A DNA stretch of 59,821 nucleotides from Lachnospiraceae bacterium (GCA_022768825.1 JALEJB010000043.1:1-59821), one strand, 5' to 3'; shown: positions 10,744-19,919, counted from the first letter of the stretch. Made by a program: numbers and translations. The notes: a model not told the origin generated them from the sequence alone.

Positions 10744-11832
10744 TTAGTTTCCTTTCTTGCCAAAAAGGCTCTCAACATCTACATCTGAGTAGCACTGTGA
10801 ACAGAAACCTTCGATCACAGCACCATTGTTGATCTGTACAGAACGAGACTTGATATTACCCATGATCACTGCTGATGTATCTACAACAACAGGACCCTGT
10901 ACGTCGATATCACCCTTTACAGCACCTGCGATCACTGCTGATGTAGCGGTAATGTTACCGATAATGACGGATCCCAAACCGATCTTGACGGTTCCTGAGC
11001 TGACTACTTCACCCTCTATTTTTGCAGAATCTGCAAAAAATTCTGCTGATGAGCTGTTTCCGATAACAGATCCGGTTACGGTTAATTTACCGTTACACTT
11101 CAGATCTCCCTCAATTTTGCCTCTGATATCAAATGAACCGGTTGTCTCAAGATTACCGGTAATCTTTGTTCCCTCTGTGATCACGGAAATCTCATCTGTT
11201 ACCTCTGCATTTACTTCCGGTGCTTTTGTGCTTTCCTCTTTTACTTCTGTTACTTCTTCTACCTTGGTCTCTAATGTATCCACTTTTGTGTCCTCCTTCA
11301 TATCCTGCTGCGATGCAGCCTTGTATTCTTCTTCTAATTCTTTGTCTAACTCTTTTTGAATGGTCGCAGAAAGCTCCTCGCTCGTTTCAACCGTTTCCTC
11401 AGCGATCTCAGGTGCTTCCATCGGCTCTGTCTCTACTGCCACCACCGGTTCTTCTTCCTCCTGTGGTTCATCAGAAGCAGTCTCAGAAACCGTTTCTTCC
11501 TGTGGCTGTTCTTCCGGCTCAGGATCAAGCGGTGCAAGTTCAGGTTCTTCTACTGTGCCAGCCTCAGCATTCTCCTGTTCACTGTCCATAGCAGAAAGAT
11601 CGTCCAAAACCGTTGCCTGTTTTGCGGCTTCTTTTTGGGCAGCCTCTTTCTCTGAGGTTTTTTTCTCCACCTGCTGAAGTAAACCGTCTAATTTCGATAA
11701 TTCACCCGCAACATCCAGCTCATCGCCTAATGTGTTTACCTCAATGGGTTCTTCGTCGATTGGGTCTTCTCCCGGCAAAAGTTCATTCATTGCCTGTGAG
11801 AAATCGTCTTTAAAATCTTTAAAAAATCCCAT
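10744..11832 (-). CDS. bactofilin (polymer-forming cytoskeletal protein) with long acidic linker
   Basis: C-terminal ~135 aa of beta-helix repeats (VITEGTKITGNL...IEGDL...IEGEV...VKGDI...INNGAVIEG); Phe-rich N-terminus; Glu-rich middle. Confidence 0.88.
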   Translation of the reverse strand: MGFFKDFKDDFSQAMNELLPGEDPIDEEPIEVNTLGDELDVAGELSKLDGLLQQVEKKTSEKEAAQKEAAKQATVLDDLSAMDSEQENAEAGTVEEPELAPLDPEPEEQPQEETVSETASDEPQEEEEPVVAVETEPMEAPEIAEETVETSEELSATIQKELDKELEEEYKAASQQDMKEDTKVDTLETKVEEVTEVKEESTKAPEVNAEVTDEISVITEGTKITGNLETTGSFDIRGKIEGDLKCNGKLTVTGSVIGNSSSAEFFADSAKIEGEVVSSGTVKIGLGSVIIGNITATSAVIAGAVKGDIDVQGPVVVDTSAVIMGNIKSRSVQINNGAVIEGFCSQCYSDVDVESLFGKKGN

Positions 11833-11843
11833 GTTTCCTCCTT

Positions 11844-12869
11844 TTACTGTGCCTTTATCGTATGATGAATGACCGGTGATTCCTCTGTGATTGGCAGAAT
11901 CTTCGCATTCATCTCCTCTAATCTTTGCAGCATTATCTCTAATGCTTCCACGGTCGAATCCTTGTCTGATGAATCATGAAGAAGTACGACAGAATACTTG
12001 TATTTCACTACATCCTTCATGACATTATCAGCTAACTCTTCCGCTGTATATATCTGAGAAGTTGCATCCCCACACGCAACATTCCAGTCATAATAAACCA
12101 CTCCCTGTTCGCCGAGATAGTCAACAAACACATTCATATCCGTATTGCTGACCTGATTGCTGCTTCCGCCGGGAAAACGATAGACACTCGGCTTCACACC
12201 TGTCACTTTTTTCAGGTAGTTACGAAGCTTTGTGAAATCCGCCTGAAACGAATCCAGCGATTCATAGATCTCGCTGTATTTATGTGTATAAGAGTGCATC
12301 GCAAGTGTATGCCCCTGATCAACGATAGCACGATATCGCTCTTTCGCTTCTTCGCCTTCTTTGCCTGTCACAAAAAATGTAGCCTTCACATCATGTGCCT
12401 GTAAGATATTCAGAATTTCCTGCGTATTGTCACTTGGACCGTCATCAAACGTGAGATAAACGGTCATTTGCTCCCCATCGGAAAGGATATTTTCCGAGAC
12501 AGGGATACAGTCCCTGACATTCACCTTTGCAAGCGTTTCCCCACCTTCCTCATTCTCTTCCTGAGGCTTTTCATCATCTGACTGATCCTTCGGCTCTTCA
12601 GGCAGCGTCTCTTCCGGGCTTTGTTCATCTTCCAGCTCGTCCAAGGATACGGGTGCGTTATTCAATGTATTTTCAACAATCACATCAACCTGCTTCTGCA
12701 GAGAGCTCACACGAATCATCAGATAGATATTCATGACCATACAAAGGGTCATCCACCCGACAAAAAAAATAATTATTCCTGTTTTTATACGATTAATACG
12801 TCTGCGACGCTCTCTTTGTTCTTTTAAACTTCGTTGACGTGAGGATGTCTGTGTCTTTTGTTCATTCAT
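11844..12869 (-). CDS. membrane-anchored CE4 polysaccharide/peptidoglycan deacetylase
   Basis: Basic N-terminus plus one TM; TFDDGP, HSYTH, RFPGGS, DWN and LLHD motifs intact. Confidence 0.92.
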   Translation of the reverse strand: MNEQKTQTSSRQRSLKEQRERRRRINRIKTGIIIFFVGWMTLCMVMNIYLMIRVSSLQKQVDVIVENTLNNAPVSLDELEDEQSPEETLPEEPKDQSDDEKPQEENEEGGETLAKVNVRDCIPVSENILSDGEQMTVYLTFDDGPSDNTQEILNILQAHDVKATFFVTGKEGEEAKERYRAIVDQGHTLAMHSYTHKYSEIYESLDSFQADFTKLRNYLKKVTGVKPSVYRFPGGSSNQVSNTDMNVFVDYLGEQGVVYYDWNVACGDATSQIYTAEELADNVMKDVVKYKYSVVLLHDSSDKDSTVEALEIMLQRLEEMNAKILPITEESPVIHHTIKAQ

Positions 12870-13063
12870 TTTACAACTCCTCAACTGTTTTGATCATGAC
12901 CTCGTCCTTTTCCAATAACCAGATCATAAATTTATATATAGATTTTATCATACTTTATATTTTATGCACGATAGAATTTTCAAGAATATTCTTATTATTT
13001 TTTGAATTTAACCACATTTTGATGTTCGTTATCTGACTATTTCCTTTTATTTTGAGAATTATC

Positions 13064-13093
13064 AAAAAAGATGGCAGAAAAATCTGCCATCTT
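13064..13093 (-). terminator. intrinsic terminator after the DUF6033-like gene
   Basis: Perfect 11-bp stem AAGATGGCAGA/TCTGCCATCTT ending in a T6 tract on the minus strand. Confidence 0.85.
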
Positions 13094-13106
13094 CATATTA
13101 CGGATA

Positions 13107-13871
13107 CTATCCTTTAAAATCAATATTCGCACCAAGACCTTTTTCGTATTCCGTCTGCACATGGTCGCTCATCCATGCATATGTCATATTCCGGATTTTC
13201 TTTACCAGTTCATCGATCGAACCGGCAGACACCACTTCCAGTTCCATGTCTTTATCTTCAATATTCTCAGAATCATCAACCTGATCTGCTTTATTCGCCC
13301 GGTTCTTTTCCCTGGCCTTTTCGATTCGTTCCGCATTCTGCTCTTTCGCGGCCTTTTTCTTTTCGGCAGCTTTTTCTTCTGCTTTCTTTTCCTGACGTTT
13401 TTGCTGGGCAGCTCTCGCACTGGACATGTTTTTGTCAACTGCCGCAAAAAATGAGGCGGCACCGTTATCGTTGATCTTCATTCCAAAGCCTTTGATATCC
13501 GGATTATTTCCAAGATTCTTTTTCAGCTCATCCAACTGTGCCTGTGCACCGGACAAGATGTTTTCATACTTTTTACGAACCTTCTCATCATTTGCCATCT
13601 GCTCGATCTTTTCGTCATCGATCAGAACGACGGTACGATTTTTGTTCGCATATTTTGCCGCGTTTGCTTCTGCCTGCTCCTTCTGATCTTTACTCACAAG
13701 AATAAAATCATAATTGGAATACTTTTTCTTCAATTGCTCGTAGTAACGGGCAGCTTTGTCGGAAAGTTTGGGTTCTCCAATGGTCTTTCCGCTTACCTGT
13801 TTTGACTGAGCGGTTGCTTCTACCTGATTGGAATAGCTCGCGCTATCAGTTCCGATTGCATTTGTTGCCAT
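13107..13871 (-). CDS. hypothetical protein, DUF6033-like
   Basis: 254 aa, RBS AGGAGG, Lys/Glu-rich coiled region; family assignment from recalled pattern only. Confidence 0.65.
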   Translation of the reverse strand: MATNAIGTDSASYSNQVEATAQSKQVSGKTIGEPKLSDKAARYYEQLKKKYSNYDFILVSKDQKEQAEANAAKYANKNRTVVLIDDEKIEQMANDEKVRKKYENILSGAQAQLDELKKNLGNNPDIKGFGMKINDNGAASFFAAVDKNMSSARAAQQKRQEKKAEEKAAEKKKAAKEQNAERIEKAREKNRANKADQVDDSENIEDKDMELEVVSAGSIDELVKKIRNMTYAWMSDHVQTEYEKGLGANIDFKG

Positions 13872-13918
13872 ATCTTTATCCTCCTTGATCTTGAATTTTT
13901 AGAATCCATTCAAAGAGT

Positions 13919-13946
13919 ATATCGGACAATTACTTTTGAAATTTTA
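13919..13946 (-). promoter_or_regulatory. sigma-28 (SigD/FliA) promoter
   Basis: Minus strand TAAA-N16-TCCGATAT, ~48 nt upstream of the ATG and just past the tsf terminator. Confidence 0.75.
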
Positions 13947-13950
13947 TAGT

Positions 13951-13993
13951 AAAACAGAAAACCTTGAGTAAACAATGATGTCCACTCAAGGTT
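13951..13993 (-). terminator. terminator after tsf
   Basis: 10-bp stem AACCTTGAGT/ACTCAAGGTT followed by TTCTGTTTT. Confidence 0.75.
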
Positions 13994-14028
13994 ATAGTTA
14001 GGCTTATTTTTAAGAACGCCGATGACTC

Positions 14029-14964
14029 TTATGCGTTCATCTGAGCTGCAACCTCTGCTGCAAAATCCTCATTCTTCTTCTCAAGTCCTTCACCGGTCTC
14101 AAAACGAACGAATTTCTTAACAGATACGGTAGCACCAGCTGCTTTTGAAAGCTCCTCTAAGTATTTACCTACTGTCTGCTTTCCGTCCTCTGCTTTTACA
14201 TATACCTGATCTACTAAGCAGATTTCTTTTAACTCTTTGCTGATACGTCCTTCGATCATACCGTTGATCACTTTCTCCGGTTTCTGTGACTCTTTCGGGT
14301 CATTCATGATCTGTGCAAGCAGGATCTCTTTCTCATGTGCGATAAAATCTGCACTTACTTCTGCTCTGCTGACATATTTCGGATTTAAAGCTGCGATCTG
14401 CATTGCGATGTTCTTTAAACCTTCTTTTACTTCATCATTTACCACTGAAGTCTCAGCATCAACGATGACACCGATTCTTCCGCCGCCGTGAACGTAGGTT
14501 ACCACACAACCGTTGTTCTCAACAACCTTCTCAAATCTACGGATCTTTAAGTTTTCTCCGATGACTGCTACTTTCTCAACTAATGCTTCATTGACAGTCT
14601 TAGATGAATCCTCCACCCATTTCTCTGCCATAAATGCATCCATATCTGCTGCATCTGAAGCAACAGCCTGTTTTGCAACGGATGCTACAAAGCTCTGGAA
14701 TGTCTCATTTTTTGCAACGAAGTCTGTCTCTGAGTTTACCTCTACAACTGCTGCTGCATTGTCACCTTCCATTGCTACGGTACAAAGACCCTCTGCTGCG
14801 ATACGGTTTGCTTTCTTCTCAGCCTTTGCCTGTCCGTTTTTTCTCAGGAACTCAACTGCTGCATCCATATCTCCATCAGTCTCGCCTAATGCTTTTTTAC
14901 AATCCATCATACCTGCGCCGGTAATCTCACGCAGTTCTTTTACCATTGCTGCTGTAATAGCCAT
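14029..14964 (-). CDS. tsf: elongation factor Ts
   Basis: VKELREITGAGMMDCKKAL, EVNSETDFVAKN. Confidence 0.99.
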   Translation of the reverse strand: MAITAAMVKELREITGAGMMDCKKALGETDGDMDAAVEFLRKNGQAKAEKKANRIAAEGLCTVAMEGDNAAAVVEVNSETDFVAKNETFQSFVASVAKQAVASDAADMDAFMAEKWVEDSSKTVNEALVEKVAVIGENLKIRRFEKVVENNGCVVTYVHGGGRIGVIVDAETSVVNDEVKEGLKNIAMQIAALNPKYVSRAEVSADFIAHEKEILLAQIMNDPKESQKPEKVINGMIEGRISKELKEICLVDQVYVKAEDGKQTVGKYLEELSKAAGATVSVKKFVRFETGEGLEKKNEDFAAEVAAQMNA

Positions 14965-14991
14965 TATTATTTCCTCCAACTATCGTTATAA

Positions 14992-15729
14992 TTATGCTTC
15001 TGCCTCTTCTGCTGCTACATCTTCACCTTCGAAAACTTCCTCAGTTGCTCCCTGATTTGCCTCGATGATCGCATCTGCCATCTTAGAAACGATTAATTTT
15101 ACTGCACGAATTGCATCATCATTTCCAGGAATTACATAATCTAACTCTTCCGGATCACAGTTGGTATCAGCGATTCCGATCAGAGGAATACCTAATGTAT
15201 GAGCCTCCTGAATACAGATTCTCTCTTTTTTCGGATCTACTACGAAGATTGCATCCGGGATACGCTTCATCTCTTTGATTCCGCCAAGGTTTTTCTCAAG
15301 CTTCTCTAACTCTTTCTTGAGCTCGATGACCTCTTTCTTTGGAAGTACGTCAAAGGTTCCATCTTCCTGCATCTTCTCGATGTCTTTTAATCTCTTAATA
15401 CGACTCTGGATCGTCTTGAAGTTGGTCAGCATTCCGCCTAACCATCTCTCATTTACATAGAACATTCCACAACGCTCTGCCTCAGTCTTGATCGCATCCT
15501 GAGCCTGTTTCTTTGTTCCTACAAACAGAACGGTACCGCCATTTGCAGCGATGTCAGCGATTGCATTGTATGCCTCGTCAACTTTACCTACTGACTTCTG
15601 TAAGTCGATGATGTAGATACCGTTTCTCTCGGTGTAGATGTATGGAGCCATCTTAGGGTTCCATCTTCTTGTCTGATGTCCGAAATGAACACCTGCCTCC
15701 AGTAACTGTTTCATTGAAATAACGCTCAT
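14992..15729 (-). CDS. rpsB: 30S ribosomal protein S2
   Basis: [19 protein letters not shown]; start at MSVISM behind GGAGG. Confidence 0.99.
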   Translation of the reverse strand: MSVISMKQLLEAGVHFGHQTRRWNPKMAPYIYTERNGIYIIDLQKSVGKVDEAYNAIADIAANGGTVLFVGTKKQAQDAIKTEAERCGMFYVNERWLGGMLTNFKTIQSRIKRLKDIEKMQEDGTFDVLPKKEVIELKKELEKLEKNLGGIKEMKRIPDAIFVVDPKKERICIQEAHTLGIPLIGIADTNCDPEELDYVIPGNDDAIRAVKLIVSKMADAIIEANQGATEEVFEGEDVAAEEAEA

Positions 15730-15751
15730 TGTCTTACCTCCATTTGGTTGT

Positions 15752-15820
15752 TCTTCCATAAACCTCATTCCAAATACCCACCTTTCGGCACCGGATATCG
15801 GTCGGTTTATGTGTTATTTT
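15752..15820 (-). ncRNA. rpsB leader (S2 autoregulatory, t44-like) RNA structure
   Basis: Stem CATAAACC/GGTTTATG enclosing CCGGTGCC-GAAA-GG in the rpsB 5' UTR. Confidence 0.65.
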
Positions 15821-15834
15821 TCATAGACTTATCT

Positions 15835-15863
15835 ACTATATCATAGGCAAACAAGCCATGCAA
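15835..15863 (-). promoter_or_regulatory. sigma-A promoter of rpsB-tsf
   Basis: TTGCAT-N17-TATAGT with an extended -10 TG. Confidence 0.75.
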
Positions 15864-15872
15864 GCAATTTTT

Positions 15873-16484
15873 TTAACTTTTTTTCTTTTTTTCCGTGATG
15901 ATCTTGATGATCGCATCATAATCGGAGCCTTTCGGAATCTCATAATTGCCCGGCTGGATCAAATTATCATAATTTTTTTCTGCCAGATATTTATTAAAAA
16001 TTTCCGCATCGTCAATCAAACCGGCTTTCAAAAGTTTTTTGGAAACTTTATCCGAATATTCTCCCGGCACGATCGTGACTTCTACCTTTTCGATCACTTC
16101 TACCTTTTGCTGTTCCTTTGACCCGGTGTCCTTCTGTGTCTGTTCCTCCGATTTTTCTGCAGTATCCTGCTTTTGATCTGCCTTTGTATTGTCCGCTTCC
16201 TGCTTGGTATCTTCTGTCTGATCCTCTGTCGGATTTTCTTTCGCATCTTCCTGCAAGGTCTTTTCATCCGTCTCTTCGGCATCGGGATCCTCCAGATCCG
16301 CCAAGGTTTTTTTGTCTTCCTTTTCTGCGTCTGCTTTCATCACCATGCCAAGTTCTTCTGCTCTTGCAATGATCTCTTCATCAGACATATCCTTATTTGA
16401 ATGCAGGGCTGATGCAATCATCAAAATCAGCGTTGCAACGATCAGTCCGATTCCAACTCCACGCAAATAATATTTTAGTTTCAC
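15873..16484 (-). CDS. membrane-anchored protein with a C-terminal YceG/MltG N-terminal-like domain (YqzC-like)
   Basis: N-terminal TM (YYLRGVGIG), acidic linker, C-terminal VSKKLLKAGLID...IQPGNYEIPKG. Confidence 0.65.
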   Translation of the reverse strand: MKLKYYLRGVGIGLIVATLILMIASALHSNKDMSDEEIIARAEELGMVMKADAEKEDKKTLADLEDPDAEETDEKTLQEDAKENPTEDQTEDTKQEADNTKADQKQDTAEKSEEQTQKDTGSKEQQKVEVIEKVEVTIVPGEYSDKVSKKLLKAGLIDDAEIFNKYLAEKNYDNLIQPGNYEIPKGSDYDAIIKIITEKKKKS

Positions 16485-17185
16485 GCCAATCCCTCTCCAT
16501 TATATAATTCCACGATTAATTTTACTTCACCAAAGCCCATATCCAGATCTTTTGCGATGTCAACCAGATCTTCACCGCCCCGATATCGCATCAGAATCTC
16601 TTCTTTTCTGCGTTCCTGCTGTTCTGAATCCGTCAGGTCTTCCTGTAACAGTTCTTCCGTATCCGATTCATCCGGTTCATATACTGCATCCGTTTTGGCA
16701 GGCTCCTGCTCCGGCTTTCTGACCGGTTCCTCGGCCAGATGCTTTGCCTCGACCTCAAGATTTAAAATCTGTTCCCGCAATTCATCACATTCCTGCGTCA
16801 GTTCGTTCATTTTTGCAATGGAATCCTGTAACTCGTTATGTTTATCTCCCAGCATACTGTATAAAAAGGTCACTTCTTTATTTGTTTTTTCCAAATCCTT
16901 TAATACCGTATCGGAATATTCCTGGATTGCCATCATCTTGTCATTGGTTTCTTTATCCAGAGATCTTTGGATCTTGTTTAAAGACAGATCCACCGAATCA
17001 TCCACCATATCGGAAACCTTGGCACTGGCAATCTCCAATTCCCGCTCAATGACTGTCTGCAATTCCGTCTCACTCAGCTTTGCGATCTCACCTATTTCTG
17101 ATTGAGACAATTTTTCTGTAACAAAAAAACTACCAATCAGAAAAACAACTCCGATCAGTAGTAATCCGACTTCTATCGCCGTCAT
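16481..17185 (-). CDS. DUF6115/SwrB-like membrane coiled-coil protein with C-terminal HTH-like motif
   Basis: N-terminal TM, coiled coil, IAKDLDMGFGEVKLIVEL; position after sigD. Confidence 0.65.
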   Translation of the reverse strand: MTAIEVGLLLIGVVFLIGSFFVTEKLSQSEIGEIAKLSETELQTVIERELEIASAKVSDMVDDSVDLSLNKIQRSLDKETNDKMMAIQEYSDTVLKDLEKTNKEVTFLYSMLGDKHNELQDSIAKMNELTQECDELREQILNLEVEAKHLAEEPVRKPEQEPAKTDAVYEPDESDTEELLQEDLTDSEQQERRKEEILMRYRGGEDLVDIAKDLDMGFGEVKLIVELYNGEGLA

Positions 17186-17222
17186 ATAAAATCCTCCGTA
17201 ATTACTCTCTCAAGCGAATTTA

Positions 17223-17546
17223 TCATACTAAAATATCAAAACCGGAAGACGCACCTTTCACCTTAACTTGTCCATCTTCCATATGCTTTGCAGATTTCTT
17301 TTTCTTTCCCTGCCCATGATTCTGATATTTATTTTTTCCTTCATCTCTTGCATCAAATTTGTATTCCTGCGGGTCGGTATCCGGTTTGCGTTTTACCTGC
17401 GAAGCGCGCTGCTGTTCCTGGTGTTTCACCGACTCCAGTGCCTGTTGCTGCTGCATCACAGGCTTTGCGTCCTCATGCTGCTTCTGATTGGAAACACCGT
17501 GCTGATTTTGAAGCATTCCATTAAATTCTACCGGACGTATTGACAT
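17223..17546 (-). CDS. hypothetical Gln/Lys-rich flagellar-locus protein
   Basis: 107 aa, RBS GAGGT, lies between sigD and the DUF6115-like gene. Confidence 0.7.
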   Translation of the reverse strand: MSIRPVEFNGMLQNQHGVSNQKQHEDAKPVMQQQQALESVKHQEQQRASQVKRKPDTDPQEYKFDARDEGKNKYQNHGQGKKKKSAKHMEDGQVKVKGASSGFDILV

Positions 17547-17568
17547 AATCCTACCTCATTTCCATCCA

Positions 17569-18336
17569 CTATACATTGGTCAATATACCCATATAATTTC
17601 CCATCGTCTTCTGCATCTTCTGCAATGCTTTCGTATGAAGCTGGGAAACTCTCGATTCAGATACTTCCAAAATCCGACTGATCTCTTTCAGGGTCAGCTC
17701 CTCATAATAATAAAGAAGAATGACTTTTGATTCCTTCTCTGTCAGAAGTTCCATCGCTTTCTGAAGCATCTCCTTGAGTTCGTTCTGTTCAACCATTTCC
17801 TCCGGTTGTACAAAATGCGAATTGCCTCTGGTTTCCATCACAGGCTCTGTACCCTGTTCCACATATTCATTCAGTGAAACCACATTCGTCACCTTAAGCT
17901 GTGACTGCCAGTTTAACAGTTCTTCCTCGGTAACACCCAATTCTCCGGCAATTTCCTCGTCCGAAGCGGTTTTTCCGGTACGCTGTTCCACTGCTTTGAT
18001 CGCCTCGTCTATTTTTCTTTGTTTCTGTCTCACCGTTCTTGGAATCCAATCCATTTTACGGATCTGATCCAGGATTGAACCTCTGATGCGAAGGGAAGCA
18101 TACGTCTCAAACTTCACATCCTTCGTCATATCAAACTTATCAATGGCATCGATCAAACCAAATATCCCATAACTGACAAGATCTTCATATTCCACGTTAT
18201 AGCCCAAATACATGTTTAATCTGCCGGCTACAAGCTTTACCAAAGGCGCATATTCAATTATTATCTGTTCTCGAAGCTCCTGTGAACGATTTTTTTTGTA
18301 CTCGTCCCAGAGTTTCTCCTTTGAAACTGCTTTCAT
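17569..18336 (-). CDS. sigD: flagellar sigma factor sigma-28 (FliA/SigD/WhiG family)
   Basis: FETYASLRIRGSILDQIRKMDWIPR, VSESRVSQLH. Confidence 0.96.
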   Translation of the reverse strand: MKAVSKEKLWDEYKKNRSQELREQIIIEYAPLVKLVAGRLNMYLGYNVEYEDLVSYGIFGLIDAIDKFDMTKDVKFETYASLRIRGSILDQIRKMDWIPRTVRQKQRKIDEAIKAVEQRTGKTASDEEIAGELGVTEEELLNWQSQLKVTNVVSLNEYVEQGTEPVMETRGNSHFVQPEEMVEQNELKEMLQKAMELLTEKESKVILLYYYEELTLKEISRILEVSESRVSQLHTKALQKMQKTMGNYMGILTNV

Positions 18337-18383
18337 CCTAATGCTACCCGTTCTCTTTTATCTCTTTTTGCAATATAGCAAAT

Positions 18384-18653
18384 CTACCATTCCCAGTCTT
18401 CATCCGAAACCGTGTCATCCAACAATTCCAGATCCATGTCATCATCCGAAAATTCTACCAACGGCTCATCCATCAAACGATAGCCTTTTTCCAACACAAT
18501 TTTCAGGATACAGCCCAAAACATAAAATCCGACCAGTACACCAAATTCAATTTTTACGAACTTACCAAAGGAAAAGTGTTGAACAATGGAAATCACGCAT
18601 GTCACAAATCCCGCAAGTAACATAATGATTGCAGGCAACGGCTTGGTATTCAT
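18384..18653 (-). CDS. small two-TM hypothetical membrane protein
   Basis: Two hydrophobic segments, acidic tail, RBS GGGAG; between cheD and sigD. Confidence 0.65.
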   Translation of the reverse strand: MNTKPLPAIIMLLAGFVTCVISIVQHFSFGKFVKIEFGVLVGFYVLGCILKIVLEKGYRLMDEPLVEFSDDDMDLELLDDTVSDEDWEW

Positions 18654-18674
18654 AAAACATCTCCCATTCAAAAA

Positions 18675-19160
18675 CTAAATCGTCTTGACCTGTTTCCCAA
18701 CTGCTTTGATCAAATAATTCCCATTCGAACAATCCAGTTCCACGGTACGTCCGTAATTTAATCCCGTATCCTCCGCAAGAAGCGGAATTCCTAATTGTTT
18801 CAACTTTTCTTTAGATGCAATTGCATTCTTTTCTCCGATATTGCCGACGGTTGTTGCCCCGGATACCTCGAACATGCGGGCTCCACCTGCAATCTTTGCA
18901 ACTAATTTATTCTTATTTGCTCCTGCCTGAAGCATCAATCGTATCAGTTCATCAATACCTGTATCCGCAAACTTTGCGATATTGGAATTGTTTCTGATCT
19001 TTGTGCTGTCAGGAAGCATAATATGTGCTAAACCACCAATTTTTGTCATCGGGTCCCAGACAGCGATGCCAATACACGAACCCAATCCCAATGTCGTCAG
19101 GATGTCCGGATTTTTGGCTATCTTGAGATCTGCCATACCGACCTTAATTACTTCTGCCAT
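18675..19160 (-). CDS. cheD: chemoreceptor glutamine deamidase
   Basis: LGLGSCIG, AHIMLP, AKIAGGA. Confidence 0.96.
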   Translation of the reverse strand: MAEVIKVGMADLKIAKNPDILTTLGLGSCIGIAVWDPMTKIGGLAHIMLPDSTKIRNNSNIAKFADTGIDELIRLMLQAGANKNKLVAKIAGGARMFEVSGATTVGNIGEKNAIASKEKLKQLGIPLLAEDTGLNYGRTVELDCSNGNYLIKAVGKQVKTI

Positions 19161-19178
19161 TATTTCCTTGCCAACTCC

Positions 19179-19808
19179 TTATAACGCAATTCCCAACGAA
19201 CTTAATATCTTGTCGTAGGAATCTTCATCCGGTAATAAAATAAAATATCCATCGATCATGACATCATCCCCAAATTCTGTCTCAATCAATAATGCATTAT
19301 CACCAAATTGTCCAAACTGAATCGCCGGCACACTCAAAATGGCTGCCGCCATATCAACAGATATAAACGGAATGGATGGCGCAATGGTCAGATTGGTCAT
19401 CGTGGACAATGCTGAGAGATATGATCCTGCAATGATATTACCGATTTCCTTCAATGCAGACAATTCCATCTCTGAAAATTCAACTCCCGGATCATTTTCA
19501 GATCCCATGCCGGCCATAAGCCGGTTTACCAGATAATGGGCACTGTCTAATTTCATCAGAAACATCATACTTCCGGTGATATCCTGTTGGACTTCCAAAA
19601 AGATTCCGACAATTGTCTCATCCTCCGCACAGATTGCTCCACCCAGGTCCTCAACCGCGCGTAACTCAACATTCGGCACATTCATATTAATCGCAAGATT
19701 TAACATATTTGCAATCGCGGTTGTCGCGTTTCCCGCACCGATATTGCCGATCTCACGAAGCACGTCCAAATACATGCTGTTCATATTATCAAAAGAAAAC
19801 TTTCCCAT
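19179..19808 (-). CDS. cheC: CheY-P phosphatase CheC
   Basis: Two ExxN motifs (DVLREIGNI, SALKEIGNI). Confidence 0.95.
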   Translation of the reverse strand: MGKFSFDNMNSMYLDVLREIGNIGAGNATTAIANMLNLAINMNVPNVELRAVEDLGGAICAEDETIVGIFLEVQQDITGSMMFLMKLDSAHYLVNRLMAGMGSENDPGVEFSEMELSALKEIGNIIAGSYLSALSTMTNLTIAPSIPFISVDMAAAILSVPAIQFGQFGDNALLIETEFGDDVMIDGYFILLPDEDSYDKILSSLGIAL

Positions 19809-19880
19809 GAAAGTCACCTGCTCTCTACATATTTTAAAGGTTTAAGCGGACAAGCCCACATCAACACATCTGCTATAACA

Positions 19881-19911
19881 AACAGACTACCTGCAATGCA
19901 GGTAATCTGTT
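19881..19911 (-). terminator. long intra-operon hairpin between cheW and cheC
   Basis: AACAGATTACCTGCA-T-TGCAGGTAGTCTGTT with one G-U pair and a weak U tract. Confidence 0.5.
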
Positions 19912-19919
19912 CATTCTTT

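Noticed and set aside
15795-15812. CCGATAT sigma-28-like -10 in the rpsB leader
   Set aside because: No correctly spaced TAAA; explained by the leader structure and the sigma-A promoter
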